Shown here one piece after another: positions 1 through 8,600 of a DNA stretch of 32,000 bases. The translations under genes were made by a program, and so were the position numbers. Under the pieces are notes generated by a model. It had not been told where the DNA came from, ran no database searches, and worked only from the letters and a program-made list of their open reading frames with translations. The stretch covers positions 60,001 to 92,000 of the forward strand of contig OZ245819.1 of the NCBI GenBank assembly GCA_965228485.1. Direction: 5' to 3'. Position 1 is the first letter of the stretch. Each line of letters starts with the position of its first letter. The stretch comes from Candidatus Saccharimonadota bacterium. Lineage in GTDB: Bacteria > Patescibacteriota > Gracilibacteria > UBA4473.

Positions 1-1
1 G

Positions 2-124
2 CTTCATGCTTTTTCTGATCGATCGGTGCGGAGACGGCAGCTTGTCAAAGACACGATTCCAGCTATGATTCAGGAGGTGGATACAGCCTTTTATCTACTC
101 ATTAAAAAAGTTAATAATCTTTAA
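2..124 (+). CDS. 3' end of an unidentified gene that starts before the window
   Basis: Frame 2 is the only forward frame open from the window edge (41 codons, ...IPAMIQEVDTAFYLLIKKVNNL*). TAA lies at 122-124, 5 nt before the lemA ATG. No domain recognised. Confidence 0.35.
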   Translation, partial: LHAFSDRSVRRRQLVKDTIPAMIQEVDTAFYLLIKKVNNL

Positions 125-129
125 ATCCT

Positions 130-720
130 ATGAAATTACTTAAAACTTATGGATGGCTAGCGGCGATAGTTATTGGTCTAATTGTGATCTATTCTTTGGT
201 GACAGGACCTTACAACAAGATGGTGCAAATGGATGAAGAAGTTCTCACGGCTTGGGCTCAAGTAGAGAATCAGTATCAACGGCGAGCTGATCTTATTCCA
301 AATTTAGTGGAAACGGTTAAGGGAGTTGCCAACTTTGAGCAAGACACTCTGACCGCTGTAATCGAAGCTCGAGCAAAAGCTACTAAGACAGAAATTGATA
401 TTAAAGATGCTCAAGAAATGATCGAATATCAACAAGCTCAAAGCGGATTAAGTCAGGCTTTGAGTCGTTTGATGATGATTACAGAAAATTACCCAGAGCT
501 AAAAGCGACTCAAAATTTTTCTGATCTACAAGCACAGCTAGAGGGAACGGAAAATCGAATTACCGTTGCTCGGCAAGATTTTAATGAACAGGTGAAAGTT
601 TATAATACCTTCGTTCGGCAGTTTCCAAATAACATTACGGCTATGATCTTTGGATTTGAAAAAGCTAATCGTTTTGAAGCGACAGAAGGAGCAGAAAACG
701 CTCCAGCGGTACAGTTTTAG
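130..720 (+). CDS. lemA: LemA family membrane protein
   Basis: 196 aa with one N-terminal TM helix. The following sequence is typical of LemA: YNKMVQMDEEVLTAWAQVENQYQRRADLIPNLVETVKG...NYPELKA...FNEQVKVYNTFVRQFPNN. Confidence 0.9.
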   Translation: MKLLKTYGWLAAIVIGLIVIYSLVTGPYNKMVQMDEEVLTAWAQVENQYQRRADLIPNLVETVKGVANFEQDTLTAVIEARAKATKTEIDIKDAQEMIEYQQAQSGLSQALSRLMMITENYPELKATQNFSDLQAQLEGTENRITVARQDFNEQVKVYNTFVRQFPNNITAMIFGFEKANRFEATEGAENAPAVQF

Positions 721-742
721 TCTGGTTTTATTTGTCTTGAAA

Positions 743-779
743 AAGAACGATGCTTAAGTCATCGTTCTTTTTTATTTTT
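743..779 (+). terminator. Rho-independent terminator after lemA
   Basis: Perfect 10-bp stem aagaacgatg/catcgttctt (743-752 and 760-769) with a 7-nt loop, followed by ttttatttt. Confidence 0.75.
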
Positions 780-780
780 G

Positions 781-799
781 GTCAATTTTATGCTATAAT
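781..799 (+). promoter_or_regulatory. Extended -10 promoter (TGcTATAAT) for the 806 gene; likely gives a leaderless or near-leaderless mRNA
   Basis: gtcaattttaTGcTATAAT, with the -10 at 794-799 ending 6 nt before the ATG at 806. There is no good -35. The same 12-mer gtcaattttatg precedes the -10 of the 5675 gene. Confidence 0.45.
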
Positions 800-805
800 G
801 GTGGG

Positions 806-2545
806 ATGAGTGCGCCTAATCAACAGCCTAGAATTCCAGAAGGGGATAACCGAAGTTGGTTTGACGTGTTTAAGTTTGGGCGTGGTTTTAAGGATGAAAC
901 GTCTGATTTAGGCGCTGATATTTTGAGTAGAGGGGTCGAAAGAGCTCGTAGTGCAGGGAATAATGTCATTGATTTTGAGACTGGTCGAGAACGGGTTAAA
1001 GGACAGAGTGAGAGAGAAAGGGGATGGGTAAAAAATCATGTATTGGATCGTTTTATTGTGGATGCGGGGACTGATTCTGAGAGAACTATTTTGCGTCGAG
1101 ATTTGGAATCTGCAGGAACTACAGCGAGACATACACTCGATGTAGCGAATGATAATTTTCCAGATTTAACCGATGAAAGAGCCCTTAAAGCTCGATTAGA
1201 TCGATATGAAAATTTGGAAGATGGTTTGCGACAGAGAAGAGAAAAGAGTGGACTCGCTACTGATGTAGCGTCTATGAGAGTGGCTTTTGATCAGGAATTA
1301 GATCGATTTGCTCCAGACAATGACAATCATCGTCGGAGAATGATGGGAAGAGGAGATGTCTTGAGAGCCAATTGGGAACAATACCGAAATGGGGGACTAA
1401 ATTTTTTTCAATTCTTGAAACGAAGTTTTGTGGACATGACTTTTGAATATAGCGCTGTTTCTCAGGCCGTGCCTGTTTGGAATGCGGGAGTGGAATTAAA
1501 TCGTCGAAAAGAACAAATAGAAGATGTGGCCGATCCGTACCTTGATGCAACGAAGACTGGGGCACGGAGAGCGAAGAAAGGATTACGAGCTAAGCGTGAA
1601 GCTGAGATAGAAGGGACAGCGGTAATGCTGAAAGTAAAAGATTGGACGGTTAATTTTTCTCAATCAGTTAAGCAAGTAGCTCTTGATGTGGCGAGGGGGA
1701 GACGTCAACCAGCAGAGATATATGATTTGGCAAAAGGGCAGTTGGATACTTTTAGAAGAAGTTCGCCAGAAGCTTTCAATGCGTACTTGATAAGTCGTCG
1801 AGCTCAGTTTTTGGATTTGCAGAAAAGGGAGACAGTAGCGGGTTTAATCTACAGAACATGTGATTGGTATCTCAAACCTCAGTATAGAACGAATGATTCT
1901 TTGGTTGAAGAGTTGGCAGAGGCACTCCCTTTTTATGGAACTTATGCCGCCATTCGAGATGTTAATGATGAAAATGGGTTGCCCGCTTGGATGCGTTATG
2001 GATTTGCAGGATTTAATGTGGGATTAGATGTCCTTACTGTGGCGAGTTTTGGAGCCTTCACTCCCGTGGCGATTGCCGCCCGAACAGCTATTGGATTTGG
2101 TACAAAAGCTACGGCAAAAATCGCGGTTAAGTCAGGAATGAGACAGTCGGCCAAAACAATGGCTTCAAGGGCGGCGGCAGGAGCGGCTCAATTTTCATCT
2201 CGTGAATTCTTAGCGAATTTACCAAGGCAGACCAGAAAAGTGCTACTGAGTACTACTAGTGCGAAGCTCTTAACTGGATATGCCGCTTATACCGGATTAT
2301 CTCATGCGGTTGATTATGCTTTTGGTCGATTCTTTAGCGAGGAACTTATTGAGGAAGTGGCTATGGCGTCGGTTGATAAAACGATGCAACGTGAATTTAC
2401 AGAACAACAAAGAAGGCTTATCCGAATGACGAGTAGAACCGCTGTGGAATTCGCTCGTTCTCAACCAGTGGCTAATGATAATGAACCTCTAGAAGTTCAT
2501 GCAGGAGTAGCTGAAGAAGATGAGCGTCGTAGAGAAGCGGCTTAG
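806..2545 (+). CDS. Hypothetical protein, Arg/Glu/Asp-rich and helical, with hydrophobic C-terminal segments
   Basis: Long 579-aa ORF with an ATG start. No signal peptide and no motif I recognise. Hydrophobic stretch MRYGFAGFNVGLDVLTVASFGAFTPVAIAARTAIGFG. Visibly more GC- and Arg-rich than its neighbours. Confidence 0.7.
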   Translation: MSAPNQQPRIPEGDNRSWFDVFKFGRGFKDETSDLGADILSRGVERARSAGNNVIDFETGRERVKGQSERERGWVKNHVLDRFIVDAGTDSERTILRRDLESAGTTARHTLDVANDNFPDLTDERALKARLDRYENLEDGLRQRREKSGLATDVASMRVAFDQELDRFAPDNDNHRRRMMGRGDVLRANWEQYRNGGLNFFQFLKRSFVDMTFEYSAVSQAVPVWNAGVELNRRKEQIEDVADPYLDATKTGARRAKKGLRAKREAEIEGTAVMLKVKDWTVNFSQSVKQVALDVARGRRQPAEIYDLAKGQLDTFRRSSPEAFNAYLISRRAQFLDLQKRETVAGLIYRTCDWYLKPQYRTNDSLVEELAEALPFYGTYAAIRDVNDENGLPAWMRYGFAGFNVGLDVLTVASFGAFTPVAIAARTAIGFGTKATAKIAVKSGMRQSAKTMASRAAAGAAQFSSREFLANLPRQTRKVLLSTTSAKLLTGYAAYTGLSHAVDYAFGRFFSEELIEEVAMASVDKTMQREFTEQQRRLIRMTSRTAVEFARSQPVANDNEPLEVHAGVAEEDERRREAA

Positions 2546-3492
2546 TTTTGTTGAGTTTGAAGCTCTATATTAGATCTTTCAGCTAGTACTTTTAGACGGT
2601 TCTCTGAAATATGATTCACGGCTATTCTTGGATGAGTAGCATTTTTAAATATCAGTGTTCCTTGGGCTGCAGCGGTTTCAATTTTGATGTCTCCAAATTT
2701 AAATATCCAGTGCCAAATACTGGTGTCATTTGGAATTACGTTGGTAACCGAATGGTAACTTACTTCATTAAGGCGAGCGCCAAAGAGTTCTCGTTGTTGA
2801 AGAATAATTCGTTTATTGGTGACGTAGATTAGATCGTAGTTGAAGTCCAACCAGAGTTTGAGGAAAAGAAAAGTCGCAATAACGAGCAAAAAAAGAGCAA
2901 TTCCTGCACCAATCCAGAAATTTAGGGGCACAACTAAGATAAGGGCAATCAGTGCAGTGGTAATGAGGCTAATACAGAAAACTAGGCTAGTTACAAAGCA
3001 TATCCAATGCTTTTGAACCACGTATTCAATACATTCTTTATTAAATACCTGAAATTGTCCGTGTTTATCGGTGGCGTTTTTGGCGATAACTTTTCTTTCT
3101 AGGTCATAAATTTTTCCAAGCTTAAAGAGTCTTAGAAGTCTCAATGCCATGAAGATCTCTGGATGTGAAATGATTCCAAATTCGTAGAGATAGAAGGGGA
3201 GTATAGCGAGGAGATCTACCAGCCCCCACCAAGAGAAGATATATTTAAATGGTTTTGGAGCGGACCAAATTCGTAGGAAATACTCTACGGTAAAAAAAGT
3301 TACCGCTATTTTATCAAAGAGTATTAGAGAAGGTTTTAGCCACTCAATTCCAGGGATAAAGTGAAGCGGTATTACCGCCACAGAAAGTATTACCAAAAAA
3401 GCAATCAGTCCATTTAATATTTTGGCCCAAAAGTAAGTAGGGCTATGGAGACATTGAAAGCAAATGCTTTGGCACTGATCAAGAAATTTCAT
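2542..3492 (-). CDS. Voltage-sensor-like (Ion_trans S1-S4) domain fused to a membrane-flanked bacterial PH (bPH_2/YdbT-like) domain; no pore module
   Basis: S2 is FTVEYFLRIW, S3 is WGLVDLLAILPF, and S4 is ALRLLRLFKLGK with a basic residue at every third position. A two-TM hairpin then follows, with YVTNKRIILQQRELFG...GDIKIET. No P-loop or selectivity filter is present. Confidence 0.75.
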   Translation of the reverse strand: MKFLDQCQSICFQCLHSPTYFWAKILNGLIAFLVILSVAVIPLHFIPGIEWLKPSLILFDKIAVTFFTVEYFLRIWSAPKPFKYIFSWWGLVDLLAILPFYLYEFGIISHPEIFMALRLLRLFKLGKIYDLERKVIAKNATDKHGQFQVFNKECIEYVVQKHWICFVTSLVFCISLITTALIALILVVPLNFWIGAGIALFLLVIATFLFLKLWLDFNYDLIYVTNKRIILQQRELFGARLNEVSYHSVTNVIPNDTSIWHWIFKFGDIKIETAAAQGTLIFKNATHPRIAVNHISENRLKVLAERSNIELQTQQN

Positions 3493-3504
3493 GAGTATCT
3501 ATAA

Positions 3505-3532
3505 CTTATAATTAAAACTTTATTTAAGTCAA
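3505..3532 (-). promoter_or_regulatory. Candidate sigma70-type promoter for the 2542-3492 gene
   Basis: On the minus strand, TTGACT-16 nt-TATAAG. The -10 ends 12 nt before the ATG, which implies a very short leader. Confidence 0.4.
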
Positions 3533-3565
3533 ATTCACTCTTTTTAGTGTGCATCATGTGCATTT

Positions 3566-3592
3566 TTAGCAGTCCTTTTTTTGGAGTGCTAA
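3566..3592 (+). promoter_or_regulatory. CIRCE operator (HrcA binding site), copy 1
   Basis: TTAGCAgTC-N9-GAGTGCTAA, compared with the consensus TTAGCACTC-N9-GAGTGCTAA. It lies upstream of dnaK. Confidence 0.85.
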
Positions 3593-3599
3593 AATTCTT

Positions 3600-3628
3600 T
3601 TGACAGTCTTTTTTAGCAGAAGTATAAT
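3600..3628 (+). promoter_or_regulatory. Consensus sigma70 promoter of dnaK
   Basis: TTGACA (3600-3605), a 17-nt spacer, then TATAAT (3623-3628). It sits 38 nt upstream of the dnaK ATG. Confidence 0.8.
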
Positions 3629-3639
3629 TCGACTGCTAA
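3613..3639 (+). promoter_or_regulatory. CIRCE-like operator, copy 2, overlapping the spacer and -10 of the dnaK promoter
   Basis: TTAGCAgaa-N9-GActGCTAA. The 7-bp inverted core is TTAGCAG/CTGCTAA. Its position would occlude RNA polymerase. Confidence 0.6.
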
Positions 3640-3666
3640 TTTTTTAGAATTTATTTAAAAAATACT

Positions 3667-5565
3667 ATGACAAAAATTATAGGAATCGATCTTGGAACTA
3701 CAAATTCTTGTGTAGCGGTAATGGAAGGAGGAAAAGCGGTGGTTATCCCTAATGCAGAAGGAAACCGAACGACACCTTCTATTGTAGCGGCAAAAGATGA
3801 TCAGACTTTGGTAGGGGTAACGGCAAAACGACAAGCCATTACCAATCCAAAGAATACAATTTTTTCGGCTAAACGATTTATTGGACGGAATTTTGATGAA
3901 GTTCAGACAGAAATGGATGAAATGCCTTATGATTTTTCTAAAGGGAAAAATGGGGCAGTTATGATTAACTACGAAGGGAAAGATGTTCGTCCAGCGGAGA
4001 TTTCAGCTAAAGTATTAGCTAAATTAAAAGCTGATGCAGAAGCCTATCTTGGAGGGGAAGTAACCAAAGCCGTTATTACGGTTCCGGCCTACTTCAATGA
4101 TGATCAACGTAAGGCGACTAAAGATGCTGGAGCGATTGCAGGACTTGAAGTAGAACGAATTATTAATGAGCCAACAGCGGCGGCTTTGGCTTATGGAATT
4201 GATAAAAAAGATAAAGACGAACGAATCGTTGTCTATGATCTTGGTGGAGGGACTTTTGATGTATCGGTACTAGAAATTTCTGACGGAACTTTTGAAGTAC
4301 TCGCTACCAATGGAGATACTCACCTTGGGGGAGATGATTTTGATTCAGCCATTATTCAATACGTGTTGGAGGAATTTAAAAAAGAAAATGGAGTAGATCT
4401 GGCTAAAGATGCAGTAGCGATGCAAAGGATCAAATCTAAAGCAGAGGAAGTGAAAAAAGAACTTTCTTCAGCGACTGAGAGTGAAATCAATGAAATGTAT
4501 ATTACGATGAGTGAAGCTGGGCCGCTTCATTTAAATGTGAAAATTACTCGAGCTAAATTTGAGCAACTCACAGAAGCTCTGGTTAAACGGTCTATTGATC
4601 CTTGTAAAAAAGCGCTTGATGATGCTGGAATTAAAGCTTCAGAAATTGACGAAGTTCTTTTGGTTGGAGGGATGACTCGAATGCCAGCCGTTAAAAAAGC
4701 GGTTGAGGACTTCTTTGGTAAAAAACCAAATGAGTCTCAAAATCCTGATGAAGTTGTGGCTTCTGGAGCCGCTATTCAAGGGGGAGTGCTTCAGGGAGAT
4801 GTGCAAGATGTACTTCTGCTAGATGTTACGCCTTTGACCCTTGGGATTGAAACAGCGGGAGGTGTTCGGACACCGATGATCGAAAGAAATACCACTATTC
4901 CTTCTTCTAAGTCACAAGTATTCTCAACTTACGCCGATCAACAGCCATCAGTAGAAATTCATGTGCTTCAAGGAGAGCGAGAAATGGCGGCTGATAATAA
5001 ATCACTTGGGAAATTCATCTTAGATGGAATCCCCCCAGCTCCACGAGGCGTGCCTCAGATTGAAGTGACTTTCGATATTGATGCGAATGGGATTCTATCG
5101 GTAAAAGCTGCAGATAAATCTACGGGTAAAGAACAATCTATTAAGATTGAAGGAAGTTCTGGAATGAGTGATGAGGAAATTGAAAAAATGAAAAAAGAAG
5201 GAGAAGAGAATGCAGAAAAAGATAAAGAAAGAAAAGAGTCTGCTGAAGCTAAAAATCATCTAGATTCAATAGTATACCAGGCTGAAAAAACACTTAAAGA
5301 AGCTAAAGAATTAGAAAAAGAAGAACTCGCAGATGCCATTAAGGCCGTTGAAGATTTACTTCCAGAGACTAAAGAAGCGCTTCAAAAAGAAGAAAGCGCC
5401 GAAAGTATGAAAAAAGCATCTGATGATATGGCTGAAAAAATGATGGAGCTTGGACGAAAAATGCACGAACTTGGACATGATCCAACAGCGGCAGAAGGAG
5501 AACAAAAAGCTGATGAAAAAAGAGAGCCAGAAATTATCGAAGGAGAGGAAGACGATAAAAAATAA
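3667..5565 (+). CDS. dnaK: Molecular chaperone DnaK (Hsp70)
   Basis: 632 aa with [29 protein letters not shown] and an acidic Lys/Glu C-terminal lid. Confidence 0.98.
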   Translation: MTKIIGIDLGTTNSCVAVMEGGKAVVIPNAEGNRTTPSIVAAKDDQTLVGVTAKRQAITNPKNTIFSAKRFIGRNFDEVQTEMDEMPYDFSKGKNGAVMINYEGKDVRPAEISAKVLAKLKADAEAYLGGEVTKAVITVPAYFNDDQRKATKDAGAIAGLEVERIINEPTAAALAYGIDKKDKDERIVVYDLGGGTFDVSVLEISDGTFEVLATNGDTHLGGDDFDSAIIQYVLEEFKKENGVDLAKDAVAMQRIKSKAEEVKKELSSATESEINEMYITMSEAGPLHLNVKITRAKFEQLTEALVKRSIDPCKKALDDAGIKASEIDEVLLVGGMTRMPAVKKAVEDFFGKKPNESQNPDEVVASGAAIQGGVLQGDVQDVLLLDVTPLTLGIETAGGVRTPMIERNTTIPSSKSQVFSTYADQQPSVEIHVLQGEREMAADNKSLGKFILDGIPPAPRGVPQIEVTFDIDANGILSVKAADKSTGKEQSIKIEGSSGMSDEEIEKMKKEGEENAEKDKERKESAEAKNHLDSIVYQAEKTLKEAKELEKEELADAIKAVEDLLPETKEALQKEESAESMKKASDDMAEKMMELGRKMHELGHDPTAAEGEQKADEKREPEIIEGEEDDKK

Positions 5566-5577
5566 TGAAAAAATAAA

Positions 5578-5604
5578 AGAGCGGCGAAAGTCGCTCTTTT
5601 TTTG
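5578..5604 (+). terminator. Rho-independent terminator after dnaK
   Basis: 8-bp stem agagcggc/gtcgctct closed by a GAAA tetraloop, followed by a T7 run. Confidence 0.8.
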
Positions 5605-5620
5605 TATTTAAAAATAAATA

Positions 5621-5648
5621 TTGAAAAAAGTCAATTTTATGATATAGT
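5621..5648 (+). promoter_or_regulatory. Candidate promoter of the giant surface protein gene
   Basis: TTGAAA-16 nt-TGaTATAGT (extended -10). It contains the 12-mer gtcaattttatg shared with 781-792. Confidence 0.5.
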
Positions 5649-5674
5649 ACTAAGATTTTTTAATAAATTTTGGT

Positions 5675-8600
5675 ATGAGAATCATTCGTTATCTGGCTTT
5701 TTCGTTCCTGTGTGCATTCAGTGGAGTTGCCTTTGCAGCCCCTCAATATTCAAGCTTAGGAGTTGTTTCTAATAATGCTGATCCAACTTTGGCAGCGGCA
5801 GGAGATGTTTTGACATTTACTTTAACTCTTAGCCCGGCTGACGATGCCAATGGAGTTGGGCAGATTACCTTTGATGTTGGAGCTGCAACGGGGCTAACAA
5901 CGTCCACTTTTCCTGTTGGAGGATCAAGTACTACCCACCAAGTAACCTATACCGCACTAGCGGGGCAAAACGGTCCAGTTTCAGTGACCGGGATTACGTT
6001 TCAGAATAGTTTGGCAGAGGATATTCAGAGTCTTCCAGGCTTTCCGCTAACGCCTTCACCAAATGTGACGATGGATACGACAGACCCAGCCATTTTTTCT
6101 ACAGCGGTTTCGACCTCTGGAGCGGGAGGTTTTGCCGCTGATACAGATACCGTGACCTACGCAGTAACCTTTACGGAGAATGCAACAGTGTCGATAAATA
6201 CGGCCAGTAGCGCGACAAATATTACAACACTTACTACAGAGCTAGATGCCAGCGACGCAAGTACTGATGATTTAGTTTTTACGGCCACAGCGGTTGATAA
6301 CGGCACGGTAACACCGACAGTAGATTTTGATTTAACGGATGCGGCGGGTAATACGGTCACTATTTCTAGTTTGGGAGTAATTACCGGTGGACCAGCTATT
6401 ACCGATACAACAGCACCGACTTTTTCTGCTATTAATGCGGTATCAGATAATGCTGATCCCACTATTGCAATTGCTGGAGATACAATAACTTTCACTCTAG
6501 ACTTAGGCGTAGCCGATACTTGGTCAGGTACAAACTTGATTAACTTTGATATCGGCTCGAATAGTTTTTCAACAGCCTTTTTTACCTCAGATACTACACC
6601 AGATGCTTCAAAAACAGTTGACTATGTGGTTCCGGTAGGAGAGGAGGGGTTGATCTCTGTAACAGGGGTAACTTTTACTGACTTTGTTGGAAATGCCATA
6701 ACGGGGTTTGTAGGACCTTATACACCGACACCCAGTAATGTAGACGTAGATTCCATTGATCCGATCATTTCAACAATAATCCCAGTGCCCAATCCAACGA
6801 ATGATAACACACCATCCTATTCTTTTAGTTCATCGGAGAATGGTACTATTACTTATGGAGGTTCTTGTGACAGTGCGACTACTGCGGCTAGTTTAGGTGG
6901 TAATACGATTGACTTTAATGCCCTAGTGGATGCTATTTATTCCGATTGTACTATTCGGGTAACGGATGCTCATGGTAATCTTTCATCAATTTTAAACGTC
7001 AACACTTTTGAAGTTGATACTCAAGCACCTTCGGTTCAATCAGCTTCTGTTGCCACAACAGGTAATCCTGGGTATGCAATTGTAGGAGACCAGGTAACTT
7101 TTACCGTTAATTTTGATGAATCAGTAACCGTTTCAGCGATTAATACCGCTAGTAGTGCGACTAATATTACAACCCTCACTCAGGATTTCGATATAGTAAG
7201 TGGATCGAGTGATCAGTTGGTCTTTACCACTGTTGGTGGGGATAATGGGGCTGTAGCTCCAACGGTTGATTTTGATATTACTGATGCTGCAGGGAATACA
7301 GCAACAATTAATAGCCTTGGAACTATTACTGGAGGGCCAATTCAGACCGATACAATTGTTCCAACGCTTAATCCGGTAACGATTGCGTCGAATAATGCGA
7401 ATCCGGCTTACGCTATTACTAATGATACAGTGACGGTGAGTTTTACGGGAAGTGAAACGTTAGCAGGCGGTACGGTGATTTCTACTCTTTTTGGAGAAGC
7501 GGCGAGTGTTGCCAACCCTTCAGGAGATGATTGGACCGCTTCGCTAATGACCGATGGAGACGAGACAGAAGGTCCAGCGACTTTTACTATTGATTTTGAA
7601 GATTTGGCTGGGAATGTGGGAGTTCAGGTAGTGTCTACCACTGACGCCAGCTCGGTGATTTATGACAATACTCCTGCAGCCGTAAGTAGTGTTTCTATAA
7701 TTTCAGATAATCCTTATGTTACGGATGCTCCAGTATACTATGCTAGAGTTGGAAATACGGTAACTTTGACGATTGATCCAACAGAAAATATACAGACCCC
7801 AACGGGAACTATTCTTGGGAAAGTGCCAGTATTTAATAATCCTTCTGGTGATATTTGGACGGCAACGGTAACCGTTGCCGGTGGAGATGCTGAAGGAACT
7901 ATTGCTTATAGTATTGATATTCAGGATTTAGCTGGGACGACGACTCTTAATATTTCTGCAACAACAGATGGAACTTCGGTTCTTATGGATAGAACCAATC
8001 CAACTAATCCAACAAATTTTGTAGATTTAGGAGGGGCACAAACAAGTGAGTACAAGGATTCAGCTCTTGCGACATTTAATTGGACAGGAGATGCAGATGG
8101 AGGCTCTGGTGTGGAACATTTTGACCTAAGGGTAGTTAATGCCAATCTTTCTATGGATGTAACTACTCCTGTTGTAGCTCCGACAAGAACTTTTACTCCA
8201 GCGCCAGCTTTAGCTGATTCAGATGATTATTTAATCTATATCACGGTTTTTGATAAAGCTGGAAACTCAAGTGTTCAACAGCTTATGTATACTCAAAAAT
8301 ATGGAGTTTTTCTTTCTGGTAATGTTACCGATCAATCTACAGGACAGCCTCTAAGTAATGTGGGAGTACAGTTGGTGTCAAGATATGGTGAAACTTGTGA
8401 TGGAACAGCGGAAGATTGTTATGTTATTACAGATGCTACTGGGAATTACCAAATCTTAGTAATTCCAACTCAGGATTTTCGTATTAATTTTTCAAAACGA
8501 CAGAATTATCAGACCGTTAGTCAGTCATTTACAGCTCTGACGACAAATATGGTTTTAAATCCTACTTTGTCAGAAGTAGAAAGTGGGATGTCTCAGGGAT

